DNA from: an uncultured Oscillospiraceae bacterium
GTDB taxonomy: Bacteria; Bacillota; Clostridia; UMGS1883
Assembly (NCBI GenBank): GCA_964385605.1
Contig: CAYLPQ010000002.1
Location: 28,611 to 92,610 of the forward strand
DNA: 64,000 nt
Reading direction: 5' to 3'
In this document: one piece after another, positions 37,243 to 47,127 of the stretch
How positions within the stretch are numbered: position 1 is the first letter of the stretch
How the letters are laid out: each line of letters opens with the position of its first letter
Program-made: the position numbers and the translations under genes
The notes under the pieces: model-generated
The model's database searches: none
The model's input: the letters and a program-made list of their open reading frames with translations, nothing else
What the model was told of the DNA's origin: nothing

Positions 37243-37527
37243 TCAGGACTTCCGGCTTTCTAAATATTCCTCGTAGATTTCATAAGCATCTTCATCGGAT
37301 AACAGAGATTCTTCCGCGATACTAAGATTGATATCGCTCATTTCAAGATACCCTTTTTTCAGTTGTTTTTTAAGTTCAATGTTCTTTCTCTCGTTTAGAT
37401 ATTGTTTCATTACTGTGGCAATAAGTTCACTTCGTGACCGATTAAGTGATGAGGCCAGTATGTCAATCTCCTCAAGCAATAAATCGGGCAATGTGACAGA
37501 TATTTTGCGCTTTTCTGAACTTTTCAT
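37243..37527 (-). CDS. mazE: Ribbon-helix-helix antitoxin (EndoAI/MazE-like)
   Basis: RKISVTLPDLLLEEIDILASSLNRSRSELIATVMKQYL is an RHH pattern. It lies immediately upstream of mazF with a 57-nt gap. Confidence 0.8.
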   Translation of the reverse strand: MKSSEKRKISVTLPDLLLEEIDILASSLNRSRSELIATVMKQYLNERKNIELKKQLKKGYLEMSDINLSIAEESLLSDEDAYEIYEEYLESRKS

Positions 37528-37558
37528 CTGACATGCCCTCCCTTGCGAATATATAACA

Positions 37559-37587
37559 ATTATACTACATTTTCAGGGACAGGTCAA
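37559..37587 (-). promoter_or_regulatory. Promoter of the mazEF operon
   Basis: On the minus strand: TTGACC (37587-82), 17-nt spacer, TATAAT (37564-59). Confidence 0.6.
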
Positions 37588-37734
37588 ATGTAAGTTATTC
37601 CAATGAACCGTAACGGTAGACAAACGGCATCTGGTTGCCTATGTAACGTACGGCTGAAGCATACGGATATGCCTTTAACTTAAAATCTACAATGTAATTA
37701 TGCACGTAAACTGACCTGTTAATACATAAATATA

Positions 37735-39219
37735 TTAATTTTGAATTTGTTTTATTGCACGTGGGATAAGCTTTATCAGATCATCGCTTGTGGTTCCATA
37801 GGCTCCGATTTCTTTTTCGGCAATCATTCCGCATCCGGTATGTATGAGGCATGCTGCCACGGCGCTGTCAGTAAGTGCAATGCCCTGTGCCGCAAGTGAT
37901 ACTGTTATTCCGGCAAGAACATCGCCGCTACCGGGCTTTGAGAGAGCGCTGGAAGCCGCTATTGATACATATTTATTACTGCCGCCATAAGTGATTACAG
38001 TGCGTGCTCCTTTTAAAAGAAGATGTACACCGTTTTCACGTGCGAAAGCATCTGCCATATTTATGCGATTGCTTTCTATGTCCGATACTGTATAGCCGCT
38101 GATTCGTGAAAATTCTTTTACATGGGGAGTGAGAAGTACATTTTTATTTTTTATTACATCGAGATTCCCTTTAAGGGCATTGATTCCGTCCGCATCAATT
38201 ATGACACCGCAGGAACATTCTGATAAAATGTTTGATATAAGAATATGGTGTAACCCCTTGCCGAGACCGCAACCTACAAGGATACTGTCTGCTGTTTTTA
38301 TGGCAAGCATAGCCTCGGGTGTAAGTTCGGGTTTTATAATGCCGTTTTGCTCCGGGGCAGGAATCACAATAGCTTCCTTTACCAGTATATTCAACACTCT
38401 GCATATTGACACAGGTGCAATAATTTTAACAAGCCCGCATCCGCTGCGAAGTGCCGCCATTGCCGCCATAGCACAGGCGCCGGGCATAGTCGAACTTCCG
38501 GCTATAATTACCGCTGTGCCGAACACACCTTTATGTGAATATCTTTTTCTTACGGGGAGAATATTCTGTACAAGTTTTCCTGTAATAGGAACACAGGTGC
38601 TTTCAGAACAAGTGCTGTAATCCACACCGATGCCTACTTCGGCAATGACAATTTCGCCGCACAGATCCACACTTGAGTTTTCAATCATTCCTTTTTTGGG
38701 AGCAGTGAATGTTACTGTTTTATCTGCACGAACGCAGGTTCCGCATATTTCACCTGTATCGGAATCCATTCCGCTTGGAACGTCTGCAGACACAACATAT
38801 GATGATGAATTAATCACGTCAATAGCTTTTTTCGCTGTGGGGTCAGTTATTTCCCCGTGTATTCCAATGCCAAATACGGCATCAAGAGCACAGTCAAAAG
38901 ACCTTGCCGGAAAGCTGACCTGTGAAAGCACAGGAATCCCTGCCTCAACTGCTTCGTGGTACAACAAGACAGCCTCCTGGCTTTCGGGAGGAAAAACCTG
39001 AACTATTTCAGTGTATATTTCGTTTTTCTTTAAAAGAAGGGCAGTGGCGTAACCGTCACTGCCGTTATTTCCTTTACCGCAGTATATTCTTACGGAATTG
39101 AAATATTTAAGCTCGTTATAAAGTGCTTCTGCCGCATTCCTGATAAGAAGCATAGAAGAAACACTCTCCATTGCGCGAACTTCTGCTTTTTTTATCGTAT
39201 CAACAGATAAAAACAGCAT
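37735..39219 (-). CDS. nnr: Bifunctional NAD(P)H-hydrate repair enzyme (epimerase + ADP-dependent dehydratase)
   Basis: 494 aa. N-terminal YjeF_N (CGKGNNGSDGYA) and a C-terminal carbohydrate-kinase-like domain (KGVFGTAVIIAGS...PGSGDVLAG). Confidence 0.9.
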   Translation of the reverse strand: MLFLSVDTIKKAEVRAMESVSSMLLIRNAAEALYNELKYFNSVRIYCGKGNNGSDGYATALLLKKNEIYTEIVQVFPPESQEAVLLYHEAVEAGIPVLSQVSFPARSFDCALDAVFGIGIHGEITDPTAKKAIDVINSSSYVVSADVPSGMDSDTGEICGTCVRADKTVTFTAPKKGMIENSSVDLCGEIVIAEVGIGVDYSTCSESTCVPITGKLVQNILPVRKRYSHKGVFGTAVIIAGSSTMPGACAMAAMAALRSGCGLVKIIAPVSICRVLNILVKEAIVIPAPEQNGIIKPELTPEAMLAIKTADSILVGCGLGKGLHHILISNILSECSCGVIIDADGINALKGNLDVIKNKNVLLTPHVKEFSRISGYTVSDIESNRINMADAFARENGVHLLLKGARTVITYGGSNKYVSIAASSALSKPGSGDVLAGITVSLAAQGIALTDSAVAACLIHTGCGMIAEKEIGAYGTTSDDLIKLIPRAIKQIQN

Positions 39220-39267
39220 CTGTCTTCACAACCTTTCTGAAAACACCCAGGATAGGTGAAATTCCGA

Positions 39268-39783
39268 CTATTTCTTAATTTTTATTTTAGAGGGAGCATA
39301 TTTGAAAAGCTCCTCCAGAACTGCGTGAGGGGGCTCGAACTTAACAAGAGTGCGTCTTTCTGCACTGATTACAGCAAAATACACGGTAACATGCTCGCTT
39401 CGGGAGGTTGCATCAATTACTTTATCGTATTTTGCATTAAGTTCAGCTTTGTAGTTGTCATCCTCAACAGGAGCTATAATGTCTGTTTCAGCAAGAGAAA
39501 AAGATATAAGTCTCTTTCTGCGGGACGCATTCATAATAACGTCAACACAGATATTATCCTGGGTGAAAATATACTCATATTCTTTATTCATTCCTGATGA
39601 AATTTTATGTGCTATAAAAAAGCAACCGAAAGACAGCAAGGCTGCCACAGAAGCTAATCCCGTAGGGAGAAGGAGTATCAAAGGAACGACAGCAAGAACT
39701 GACGCTCCCAGATAAATAAGAATTGAAAGAAGTATCTCTTTAGGTCCTTTTTTTCTTTTAATTATATATTCGTGAAAATTCAT
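39268..39783 (-). CDS. Hypothetical membrane protein
   Basis: Two N-terminal TM helices (ILLSILIYLGASVLAVVPLILLL, VAALLSFGCFFIA) followed by a soluble domain. Family not recognised with certainty. Confidence 0.5.
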   Translation of the reverse strand: MNFHEYIIKRKKGPKEILLSILIYLGASVLAVVPLILLLPTGLASVAALLSFGCFFIAHKISSGMNKEYEYIFTQDNICVDVIMNASRRKRLISFSLAETDIIAPVEDDNYKAELNAKYDKVIDATSRSEHVTVYFAVISAERRTLVKFEPPHAVLEELFKYAPSKIKIKK

Positions 39784-39817
39784 TTGGTTCTCCTTTTGTG
39801 TTTTTTATTGAGGAGCA

Positions 39818-42190
39818 TCAGATGCCGTCAACAATACCGGCATTGCCTCCCGGAACAGGGGTCGAAGGCGAGGCTGGTTTTATCGGGACAGACGGCTCTG
39901 CCGGAGCATTGGGAGCAGTGCCTGCCGGTGTATCTGCTGGAATATCATCTATAATTACAGCGGGAACGTCCTCGTTTCTGTTGCTAGCTTCAGGCGCAGA
40001 GCCTGCAGCGAGATCGTTATCGTTAAATTTATAAGGATGTGTTGTACAAAGTTTTGTAGGAATATTACTCTTTGAATAATTCTTACTTGTGCGTGATTTG
40101 CAGGCTGGTGAAGCACGCATACCGCTTTCTGAACAGATCATGATAGAATACTTACCATCTTTTTCATCCTCAAGAAAACTCTTGTTTTCAAGATTCTTGT
40201 GAATGGGTGTCATAACCTTTCTCCAGGCGATAGCGGCAGGGTTACCGGAAAAATTAAGAGGAGCAGGCTCGTCGTATCCGAACCATACTGCACCTACATA
40301 ATAAGGTGTGAAGCCTACGAACCATCTGTCATTCTTGCTTGAAGTAGTACCTGTCTTACCGGCAACGTTCATACCGCTGATTCTTGCGGAAGTACCTGTA
40401 CCGCCGGTTACAACACCTGTTAGCATAGAAACCATACTTTCAGCAGTGGTTTCACTCATAGCTATCTGTTCTTCAGCCTTATGCTCCAGGAATATATTTC
40501 CTTCGGAATCAAGCACCTTTGTATAAAGAGAAGGCTTGATATATTTGCCACCGTTGGGGAATGCACAATATGCCGCACACATTTCGAGGACACTTGCACC
40601 ATCGGTAAAGCCGCCAAGAGCAATAGATGCGAGACCTAAATCTGTGTATGATTTGCCGTTCCTTACGTCTTCCTTTACAAGTGAAGAAATATGGAAATTA
40701 TTCTTTACAAAGTCAAAAGCTGCTTCAGCAGTAACTGCATTACAGATTTTTACCGCAGGAACATTTCTGGAACCACGGAGTGCTGAAGAAACAGGGATTC
40801 TTCCGGCAAAACGACGGTCATCGTTACGGGGTGACCAGTCTCCGAATTTAACCGGTGCGTCGTTTACGATAGAAGACGGAGTTACAATTCCGTATTCAAC
40901 AGCAGGGGCATACACCGAAAGGGGTTTTATAGTAGAACCGGGTTGGCGGAGTGTCTGGGTTGCACGGTTAAGAGTACGGTTGCCCTCTTTTTCTCCGCGT
41001 CCGCCGCACAGTGCTTTTACATAGCCTGTGTATGGGTCCATAATAACCATTGATGACTGAGGCTGTACGGCTTTACTGCTGCTTGGGAATGTGCCCGGGT
41101 CATTGAATACTTCATCCAGAGTATCCTGCATATTGGGATCCATAGAAAGATAAATCTGAAGACCGCCGTTATAAAGAACTGTGGTGGCATACTCTTTAGT
41201 GTAATTATGCTCGCTCATCATATCCTTGATAATCTGGTCTATTACAGCATCTGTAAAATAACTCTGATAACTGACATCTTCAGCAGATTTCGCATCCACA
41301 AAATCAATTTCTTCGTTAAGTGCGTCGTTATACTCTTTCTCCGTTATAAAACCGAGTTCTCTCATTTTTTTGAGTATTACACGTTGACGACTTTTGTTGT
41401 TTTCGGGATTTACAAGAGGGTCATACTTTGTGGGGAACTGTGTGATGCCTGCAAGAGTTGCGCATTCTGCAAGTGTAAGCTCTGAAACCTCTTTGCCGAA
41501 GTAAGTCTGTGCCGCGCTGCCGACACCGTTACATTTCTGACTCAGATAAATTGTATTAAGGTAATACTCAAGAATTTCGTCTTTCGAGAGCTCTTTTTCA
41601 AGATTGAATGCTCTGTAAGCTTCCTGAATTTTACGTTTGATAGAATAATCGTCCTCACTGGTAATATTCTTAATAAGCTGCTGTGTAATAGTACTTCCGC
41701 CGTAGCTGGAATCGCCCTTGTTTGAAAGATACTGCATTGCCGCACCCATAAAACGCTTTATATCAACACCGGAATGTGAATAGAAGCGCTCATCCTCTAT
41801 GGCAACAAAAGCATTTTTAAGATGCTCCGGCATTTCAGAACCCGATACCCATACACGGTTTTCTGTATCAAAAAGCTGTTCGAGTTCAGTAGTCTCACCG
41901 GTTGCAGGGTCTGTAACATAAACAAAGCTTGTCAGATTAAGACGCATATTATCAACGTCAACAAGTTCAGTGTCCTCTACATAACCGTAAAGTGAACCGA
42001 ATAAAAGTCCTGCTATCGCTATGGCGAATATTGCCATAATTGCCAATAATACCAACAATACACGAACAAAAATATTTATTTTTTTGCGCTTCTTCCGGCG
42101 CCTGGATTTTTTAGATCTGGACGCAGTGTTAGTTCTTGCTTCCGGTTTCGCAGAGGAAGCTGGTCTTCTTACTCTGTCCTTTTCTTCCAT
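39818..42190 (-). CDS. Class A penicillin-binding protein (PBP1A family; glycosyltransferase + transpeptidase)
   Basis: GT51 motifs (AFVAIEDERFYSHSGVD, GGSTITQQLIKN) and transpeptidase motifs (STIKP, SRN, KTGTT). There is an N-terminal basic/TM anchor and a Pro/Ala-rich C-terminal tail. Confidence 0.95.
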   Translation of the reverse strand: MEEKDRVRRPASSAKPEARTNTASRSKKSRRRKKRKKINIFVRVLLVLLAIMAIFAIAIAGLLFGSLYGYVEDTELVDVDNMRLNLTSFVYVTDPATGETTELEQLFDTENRVWVSGSEMPEHLKNAFVAIEDERFYSHSGVDIKRFMGAAMQYLSNKGDSSYGGSTITQQLIKNITSEDDYSIKRKIQEAYRAFNLEKELSKDEILEYYLNTIYLSQKCNGVGSAAQTYFGKEVSELTLAECATLAGITQFPTKYDPLVNPENNKSRQRVILKKMRELGFITEKEYNDALNEEIDFVDAKSAEDVSYQSYFTDAVIDQIIKDMMSEHNYTKEYATTVLYNGGLQIYLSMDPNMQDTLDEVFNDPGTFPSSSKAVQPQSSMVIMDPYTGYVKALCGGRGEKEGNRTLNRATQTLRQPGSTIKPLSVYAPAVEYGIVTPSSIVNDAPVKFGDWSPRNDDRRFAGRIPVSSALRGSRNVPAVKICNAVTAEAAFDFVKNNFHISSLVKEDVRNGKSYTDLGLASIALGGFTDGASVLEMCAAYCAFPNGGKYIKPSLYTKVLDSEGNIFLEHKAEEQIAMSETTAESMVSMLTGVVTGGTGTSARISGMNVAGKTGTTSSKNDRWFVGFTPYYVGAVWFGYDEPAPLNFSGNPAAIAWRKVMTPIHKNLENKSFLEDEKDGKYSIMICSESGMRASPACKSRTSKNYSKSNIPTKLCTTHPYKFNDNDLAAGSAPEASNRNEDVPAVIIDDIPADTPAGTAPNAPAEPSVPIKPASPSTPVPGGNAGIVDGI

Positions 42191-42408
42191 AAGCGCACCT
42201 CCAAACTCAAATTAAACGGGTAGTTTGCGTCAAAAATGACAATTTGCAAAAACCACCTATTCTACTGTAGTATAACAGTAAAGAGTTAAAAAAGTGTTAC
42301 AAACTCCATATTATTTGTATATAAGCCCTGAAAACAGTAAAAAATAATGATGAAATCACAGAAAATGCAGGCATAAGATTATTATGTCAAAAAATAAGAG
42401 GTGTAGTT

Positions 42409-42813
42409 ATGAAAATGTCGGGCAGTGTCAAACTTGCTGTTGTGGCAGTCGGAGTGGCATTTATATCATCGGTAACAGGGTATCTTTTTGGAGTGAATGC
42501 AGATAGCGGACCGACAGAGAGGAATATGTCTGTACCGTTAACGGAAGAGGTACAGCCTGTAAATGAGAGTGCTGAAGCTACGGAAGAAAGCGAAGCAGTT
42601 ACAAAAAGCGAGATAACAAAAAAATATGTTCTGAAAGAAAACAACGGAAGCCTGTCGCTGTTTCTTGTAAATTCTGATGGAACAGAAAAGGTTTATAAAA
42701 CCTACGATATAAACATAAATACACTTCCGGGCATTGATCAGGAAAAACTGCGGGAGGGAATAGAAGCAGCATCCTTGAGTGAGGCTTTGATGATGGTAGA
42801 GGATTATATGTAA
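42409..42813 (+). CDS. Small membrane-anchored protein (possibly BofC-like C-terminal domain)
   Basis: N-terminal TM (VKLAVVAVGVAFISSVTGYLF). The C-terminal part LKENNGSLSLFLVNSDGTEKVYKTYDININTLP...EKLREGI resembles BofC-type domains. Assignment is weak. Confidence 0.4.
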   Translation: MKMSGSVKLAVVAVGVAFISSVTGYLFGVNADSGPTERNMSVPLTEEVQPVNESAEATEESEAVTKSEITKKYVLKENNGSLSLFLVNSDGTEKVYKTYDININTLPGIDQEKLREGIEAASLSEALMMVEDYM

Positions 42814-42831
42814 AAAGAACAGCAGTCAGGA

Positions 42832-43647
42832 CTACTGATTGCTGTTCTTTTCTTTTCCAGGAAGAGTTTGCATATGCTTTTTGTAAGTCTGTGAAAAGTA
42901 TGATACATTTTCAAAGCCGCACAACTCGGCGACTTCGCTGACGGTATAGTTATCAAATACCAGTAAGTCCCTCGCCTTATGGCAACGAAGTCGGTTAAGG
43001 TAATGAATAAGAGGACAACCTACCACTTCCGTGAAAAGGTGCGAAATATAATATTTGTTAAATCCTGTTGCAGTGGCAATATTATCGAGTGTCAAAGCTT
43101 CCCGATAATTCTGATGAATATAGCGGAGAATCTTTTTGGCTATATTGAGTTTGCTTCCGTCTCCGGAAGAATAACTTATTTTGTCGGTAGATATATAATT
43201 GCGGACAAGCTCTACCATAAGATTCAGTATATCTGCTTTTATATTGGTCTGATACAGTGTCCCGCGACTGTTGTACTCTTCAATGATATGCTCAAATATA
43301 TGGCTTATATTTTCTGATTGGATAAGCCTTTCAAAAGAAACATCGTAGGTTGATATTCCGAAATTTTCAAGAAACGAAGTGTTGACAATGACACAGTAAT
43401 AATAAACATCGCCATCAGAATGTACCTTGTGAAGTGAATTTGAATTAACAACGGCAAGCTGACCGGGTTTAACTTTTACTGAAATATTGTCGGTTACAAC
43501 TTCTGCTTCTCCTGACACAAAATACAAAAGCTCGATGTTCTCGTGCCAGTGCATAATGAAACCACAATCTTTCCATACGTGGTCATAGTGCATTTTAAAG
43601 CAGTTTTTTTCGCTTATTTTGCTGTGAAGAAACTGATAACTTTGCAT
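42832..43647 (-). CDS. AraC-family transcriptional regulator with N-terminal cupin domain
   Basis: Cupin-like HWHENIELLYFVSGEAEV, then a C-terminal AraC HTH (LTLDNIATATGFNKYYISHLF ... ENVSYFSQTYKKHM). Confidence 0.85.
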   Translation of the reverse strand: MQSYQFLHSKISEKNCFKMHYDHVWKDCGFIMHWHENIELLYFVSGEAEVVTDNISVKVKPGQLAVVNSNSLHKVHSDGDVYYYCVIVNTSFLENFGISTYDVSFERLIQSENISHIFEHIIEEYNSRGTLYQTNIKADILNLMVELVRNYISTDKISYSSGDGSKLNIAKKILRYIHQNYREALTLDNIATATGFNKYYISHLFTEVVGCPLIHYLNRLRCHKARDLLVFDNYTVSEVAELCGFENVSYFSQTYKKHMQTLPGKEKNSNQ

Positions 43648-43803
43648 AAGCGCACCCTCTCAATGACAAGAATACTACAAAAGTGAAAAAATATCTTCAA
43701 AAAGCAATTTGAATTCAGCAATATTCTTGATTTACTTTCTGACAGATTTAGTATACAATGAATTCAGCGAAAAAGCAAGATTCTTTTAAAACGGAGTGAT
43801 TTT

Positions 43804-44691
43804 ATGTATCAGTATCCTATAGGTATGATTATAGACTGCCTGCAGAATGATTTTGAGGGCGGTTTTTATGGGAAAGAATTTGATGTAGCGCTTGGAAAGG
43901 CAGTGTCAATGGGAGTTCAGGGTATACAGATGTATGCAACCACAGGGAATTATTCGCCCAAGGTGCTTGATACATCAGAAAAAAGAAGAAATCTTCTTAA
44001 TCAGGTAAAATCCCACGGACTTTGCTACAGCGCACTCTGCTCGTATTTCGGCATAGGCTTCTGGGACAGGGAGAGAAATCCGCAGCTAATCGAGGACAGC
44101 AAAAGAATCCTCGACCTTGCAAAAGACCTTGAAACCGACGTTGTAATGACACATATAGGCGTTGTGCCTGCCGATAAAAACCACGATCGCTACAAAATAA
44201 TGCAGGAGGCATGTCACGAGCTTGCAGAATATGCTGACAGTATTGATGCGCATTTTGCAGTTGAGACGGGTCCGGAAACTGCGGAAGTGCTGAAAGGTTT
44301 TCTTGACGACCTGGGCTCAAAAGGTGTTGCCGTAAATTTTGACCCTGCAAACCTGGTTATGGTACAGAATGTTGACCCCATAAAGGCGGTATATACCCTC
44401 CGTGATTACATAGTGCACGTCCACGCAAAGGATGGTATACATGTGTGGGATAAGGATCCCGAGGTTGTGTACGGCATTAAAAAAGAAGCGGTTAAGACTC
44501 CACGGTCGGGAAAAGAGCTTCCCCTTGGTGAAGGTGATGTTGATTTTGTGAAATTTCTCACAGCACTTGAAAACATAGGCTACCGCGGATTTTTGACTAT
44601 TGAAAGAGAACGGGGAGAAAATCCTGAAAAGGATTTTCGTAATGCTGTCGGATTTTTAAAAGATATAATGAGCAGAGATACAAAAAAATAA
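43804..44691 (+). CDS. Sugar phosphate isomerase/epimerase (xylose isomerase-like TIM barrel)
   Basis: [24 protein letters not shown] and LTIERE motifs are typical of the AP_endonuc_2 / TIM-barrel family. It is divergent from the AraC gene. Confidence 0.8.
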   Translation: MYQYPIGMIIDCLQNDFEGGFYGKEFDVALGKAVSMGVQGIQMYATTGNYSPKVLDTSEKRRNLLNQVKSHGLCYSALCSYFGIGFWDRERNPQLIEDSKRILDLAKDLETDVVMTHIGVVPADKNHDRYKIMQEACHELAEYADSIDAHFAVETGPETAEVLKGFLDDLGSKGVAVNFDPANLVMVQNVDPIKAVYTLRDYIVHVHAKDGIHVWDKDPEVVYGIKKEAVKTPRSGKELPLGEGDVDFVKFLTALENIGYRGFLTIERERGENPEKDFRNAVGFLKDIMSRDTKK

Positions 44692-44713
44692 GGCAATATA
44701 ACTTGTTTAAGAC

Positions 44714-44757
44714 AAAAACACTCAATTTGGTGACAGAACAAATTGAGTGTTTTTTTT
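44714..44757 (+). terminator. Rho-independent terminator
   Basis: ACACTCAATTT / AAATTGAGTGT stem followed by T8. Confidence 0.8.
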
Positions 44758-44851
44758 CGAAGGTAGCAATATTACAATAAAATAGAGCAATATCATTGAT
44801 TTACAACCACTTTTTCCTGCTATAGAATAAAAGCAAGAAAGGGTGGTTTTT

Positions 44852-44993
44852 ATGTATCAGTTTCCTATAGGCATTATAAGATTGCTTCAGAACAAATTTT
44901 GACGACGCACTCCGTCAGTCTGCAGAGCTTGGGGCGAAAGGTATACAGATGTATGCAACAACGGGCGAGGTCGTAAAAATTAATGTAGGCTGA
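44852..44993 (+). pseudogene. Frameshifted 5' remnant of a second sugar phosphate isomerase gene
   Basis: ATGTATCAGTTTCCTATAGG... and GGTATACAGATGTATGCAAC repeat the first ~45 codons of the 43804 gene (MYQ(Y/F)PIG ... GIQMYATTG). Frame 1 stops at codon 17 and the remainder reads in +1. The rest of the gene is absent. Confidence 0.7.
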
Positions 44994-45083
44994 GCCTGAA
45001 CCTATGTCGCGATTATACCTAGTGAAAGAAAAGTTTCGCGCGTATTCATTTTCACCATTTATTTGAAAAAGTTTGTTAAAATT

Positions 45084-45115
45084 AAAGGGTTGTATATTGC
45101 AATATACAACCCTTT
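45084..45115. promoter_or_regulatory. 32-bp perfect palindrome upstream of the 45148 gene (operator or terminator)
   Basis: AAAGGGTTGTATATTGCAATATACAACCCTTT equals its own reverse complement. It ends 32 nt before the start codon. Confidence 0.4.
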
Positions 45116-45147
45116 GTGTTATTATAGCCTCATAGGGGCTGAGCGAA

Positions 45148-46047
45148 ATGAGAATTTATTTTAAAAATTTCCTGAAAGAGTACGACTATCCCGAAGAGTC
45201 ATGGGAAGTGCTTCTTTCTGCATTTGATAAGCTTGCAAAACAGAAAGAATTCAACTCATTGATTGAAAATTACTTTAAAATAAAACCTGATTTCAGGGCA
45301 ATAATGACAGCTTTGTGTGAAAAGATAGAAATTAATCTCTACACAGGCTATGGTGTGCTTTTTATCTGCCTTTCAAAAGAGACTAAAAAGCTTTGCAAAA
45401 ACTGGAACTGGACAGACGATATGTTCAGACGTGGTATGCTTGACATAATGTTACAGACGTGCGAGTGCTATGAGGTTAAAAAGGTTTGGGGACTTATGTC
45501 AGAGGGCTGGATGGCAGGCATAATAACAGGTACTGTGGTTTCTATCGGCAGACTTCAGTTTGTGGCAAAAAAGTACAATGGAGAAGATATCGAAGTTGCA
45601 GGTTACAGACTTACAAAGGGAACTGAAATCATTACGGTACATATTCCCGGCTCGGGTGAATCCTTTGACAAGGCTGCCCGTATGAATGCCTACGATAAGG
45701 CATATGAATTTTACGGCTATGCTGACGGTAATACCCCGTGTTTCTTTTACTGCCAAAGCTGGCTACTTTTTCCGCAGAACAGAGAAATCCTCAATCCAAG
45801 CTCAAACATCATTTCATTTATGAATGAATTTAAAATTGTAGATACAATTATTTTAAGAGAAGATGAAATACACCTGGATCTTTGGCGCATTTTCGGATAC
45901 ATGGCAGAGGATGAGCCTTTCGAAAATCTTCCCGAAAAGACTTCTCTTCAGCGTGCTTATAAAAAATTTCTTCTTGGCGGCAATATGCCCGGTCAGGGAA
46001 TAGGCATATTCGTATATGATGCGGTAAATAAGGATACATTGCATTAA
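45148..46047 (+). CDS. Hypothetical protein, possibly GNAT-like acyltransferase family (two-domain)
   Basis: 299 aa. SIGRLQF...HIPGSGESF...AYDKAYEFY...CQSWLLFPQNREIL. It is a paralog of the next gene. The family call comes from memory of similar Clostridial acyltransferase-domain proteins. Confidence 0.4.
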   Translation: MRIYFKNFLKEYDYPEESWEVLLSAFDKLAKQKEFNSLIENYFKIKPDFRAIMTALCEKIEINLYTGYGVLFICLSKETKKLCKNWNWTDDMFRRGMLDIMLQTCECYEVKKVWGLMSEGWMAGIITGTVVSIGRLQFVAKKYNGEDIEVAGYRLTKGTEIITVHIPGSGESFDKAARMNAYDKAYEFYGYADGNTPCFFYCQSWLLFPQNREILNPSSNIISFMNEFKIVDTIILREDEIHLDLWRIFGYMAEDEPFENLPEKTSLQRAYKKFLLGGNMPGQGIGIFVYDAVNKDTLH

Positions 46048-46065
46048 GTAAAGGAGAGAAACGGT

Positions 46066-47015
46066 ATGAGAACTTATTTTGAAAACTTTATGGAAGAATA
46101 CGATTATCCTGATGAGGCTAAGGCGGTGCTTCTTTCGTATACGACAAACTGTCGGGGGAAGAAACATTCCGGAGACTGATTGATAATTACTATAATAATG
46201 AGAAGTCTCCTGATTACGACTATCCTCTCCACAGCAGGATGATTGAAAAATACAGAAAAAATAAGGAATTTCTAGAGCCCCTTTGTGAAAAGCTGAATGT
46301 AAATATACACACGGGGTTAACGGCATTTTTTATCTGTGTTACAAAGGAGACGAAGACCATCTCTAAAATGTGGAACTGGACGGATGAAATGTACCGCCTG
46401 GGTATGGTTGATATACGTTGCAAGCTTTTTGAGGGGTATGACCTTACGGGTAACTGGGGAATAGTTGTAGAGTCCTGGATTGCGTATATCCTTGACGGTG
46501 TGATGAATTCAATCGGCAGACTTCAGTTCTATTACAGAGAGCACGACGGGGAGGATGTAACGATAGCAGGGCGCACCCTCAAAACGGGAGAACATTACAT
46601 AGATATACATATCCCTGCCTCCAAAGAATCCTTCGGGAGAGAGGCAAGGCTTCAGGCTTATGACAAGGCTTATAAGTATTTTTGTGAGCTTTACGGAAAA
46701 GATGTATGCTTTTTCGGCTGTAAAAGCTGGCTTCTGTTTGAGCCTAACAGAGAGATTCTTGGCGAAAAGTCAAACATTGTTTCCTTTCTGAATGACTTCA
46801 GACTTGTGAAAAGTGATTATTTCAAAGAAGAGGAAAAATACAATGAATTGTGGAGAATTTTCGGAAAAATTAAAAAGGGTATGCCTTTTGAAGAACTGCC
46901 CGAAAATACATCTCTCCAACGTGCCTATAAAAAATGGCTTACAGACGGTAACAGACACGGTGAGGGAAAGGGATTTTTTGTATATGATTCAGTGAATAAA
47001 GATACTTTAAATTGA
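46066..47015 (+). pseudogene. Tandem paralog of 45148..46047 carrying a frameshift near codon 26
   Basis: ATG 46066 after AAAGGAGAG gives MRTYFENFMEEYDYPDEAKAVLLSY, then stops at 46168-70. The homologous sequence DKLSGEETFRRLIDNYY continues in another frame and joins ORF 46239..47015. This could also be a sequencing error. Confidence 0.6.
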
Positions 47016-47048
47016 AAATGGCTGAACGAATTTTCGTTCAGCCATTTT
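47015..47048. terminator. Bidirectional terminator between convergent genes
   Basis: AAAATGGCTGAACGAA / TTCGTTCAGCCATTTT, a 16-bp inverted repeat. Confidence 0.75.
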
Positions 47049-47127
47049 GGCGCAAAAGGACAATAAATTACCTCTCAAGATTGAGGGGCAGGGGTGTTGA
47101 TATGTTTGATAAAACACTTTTTTGGAT

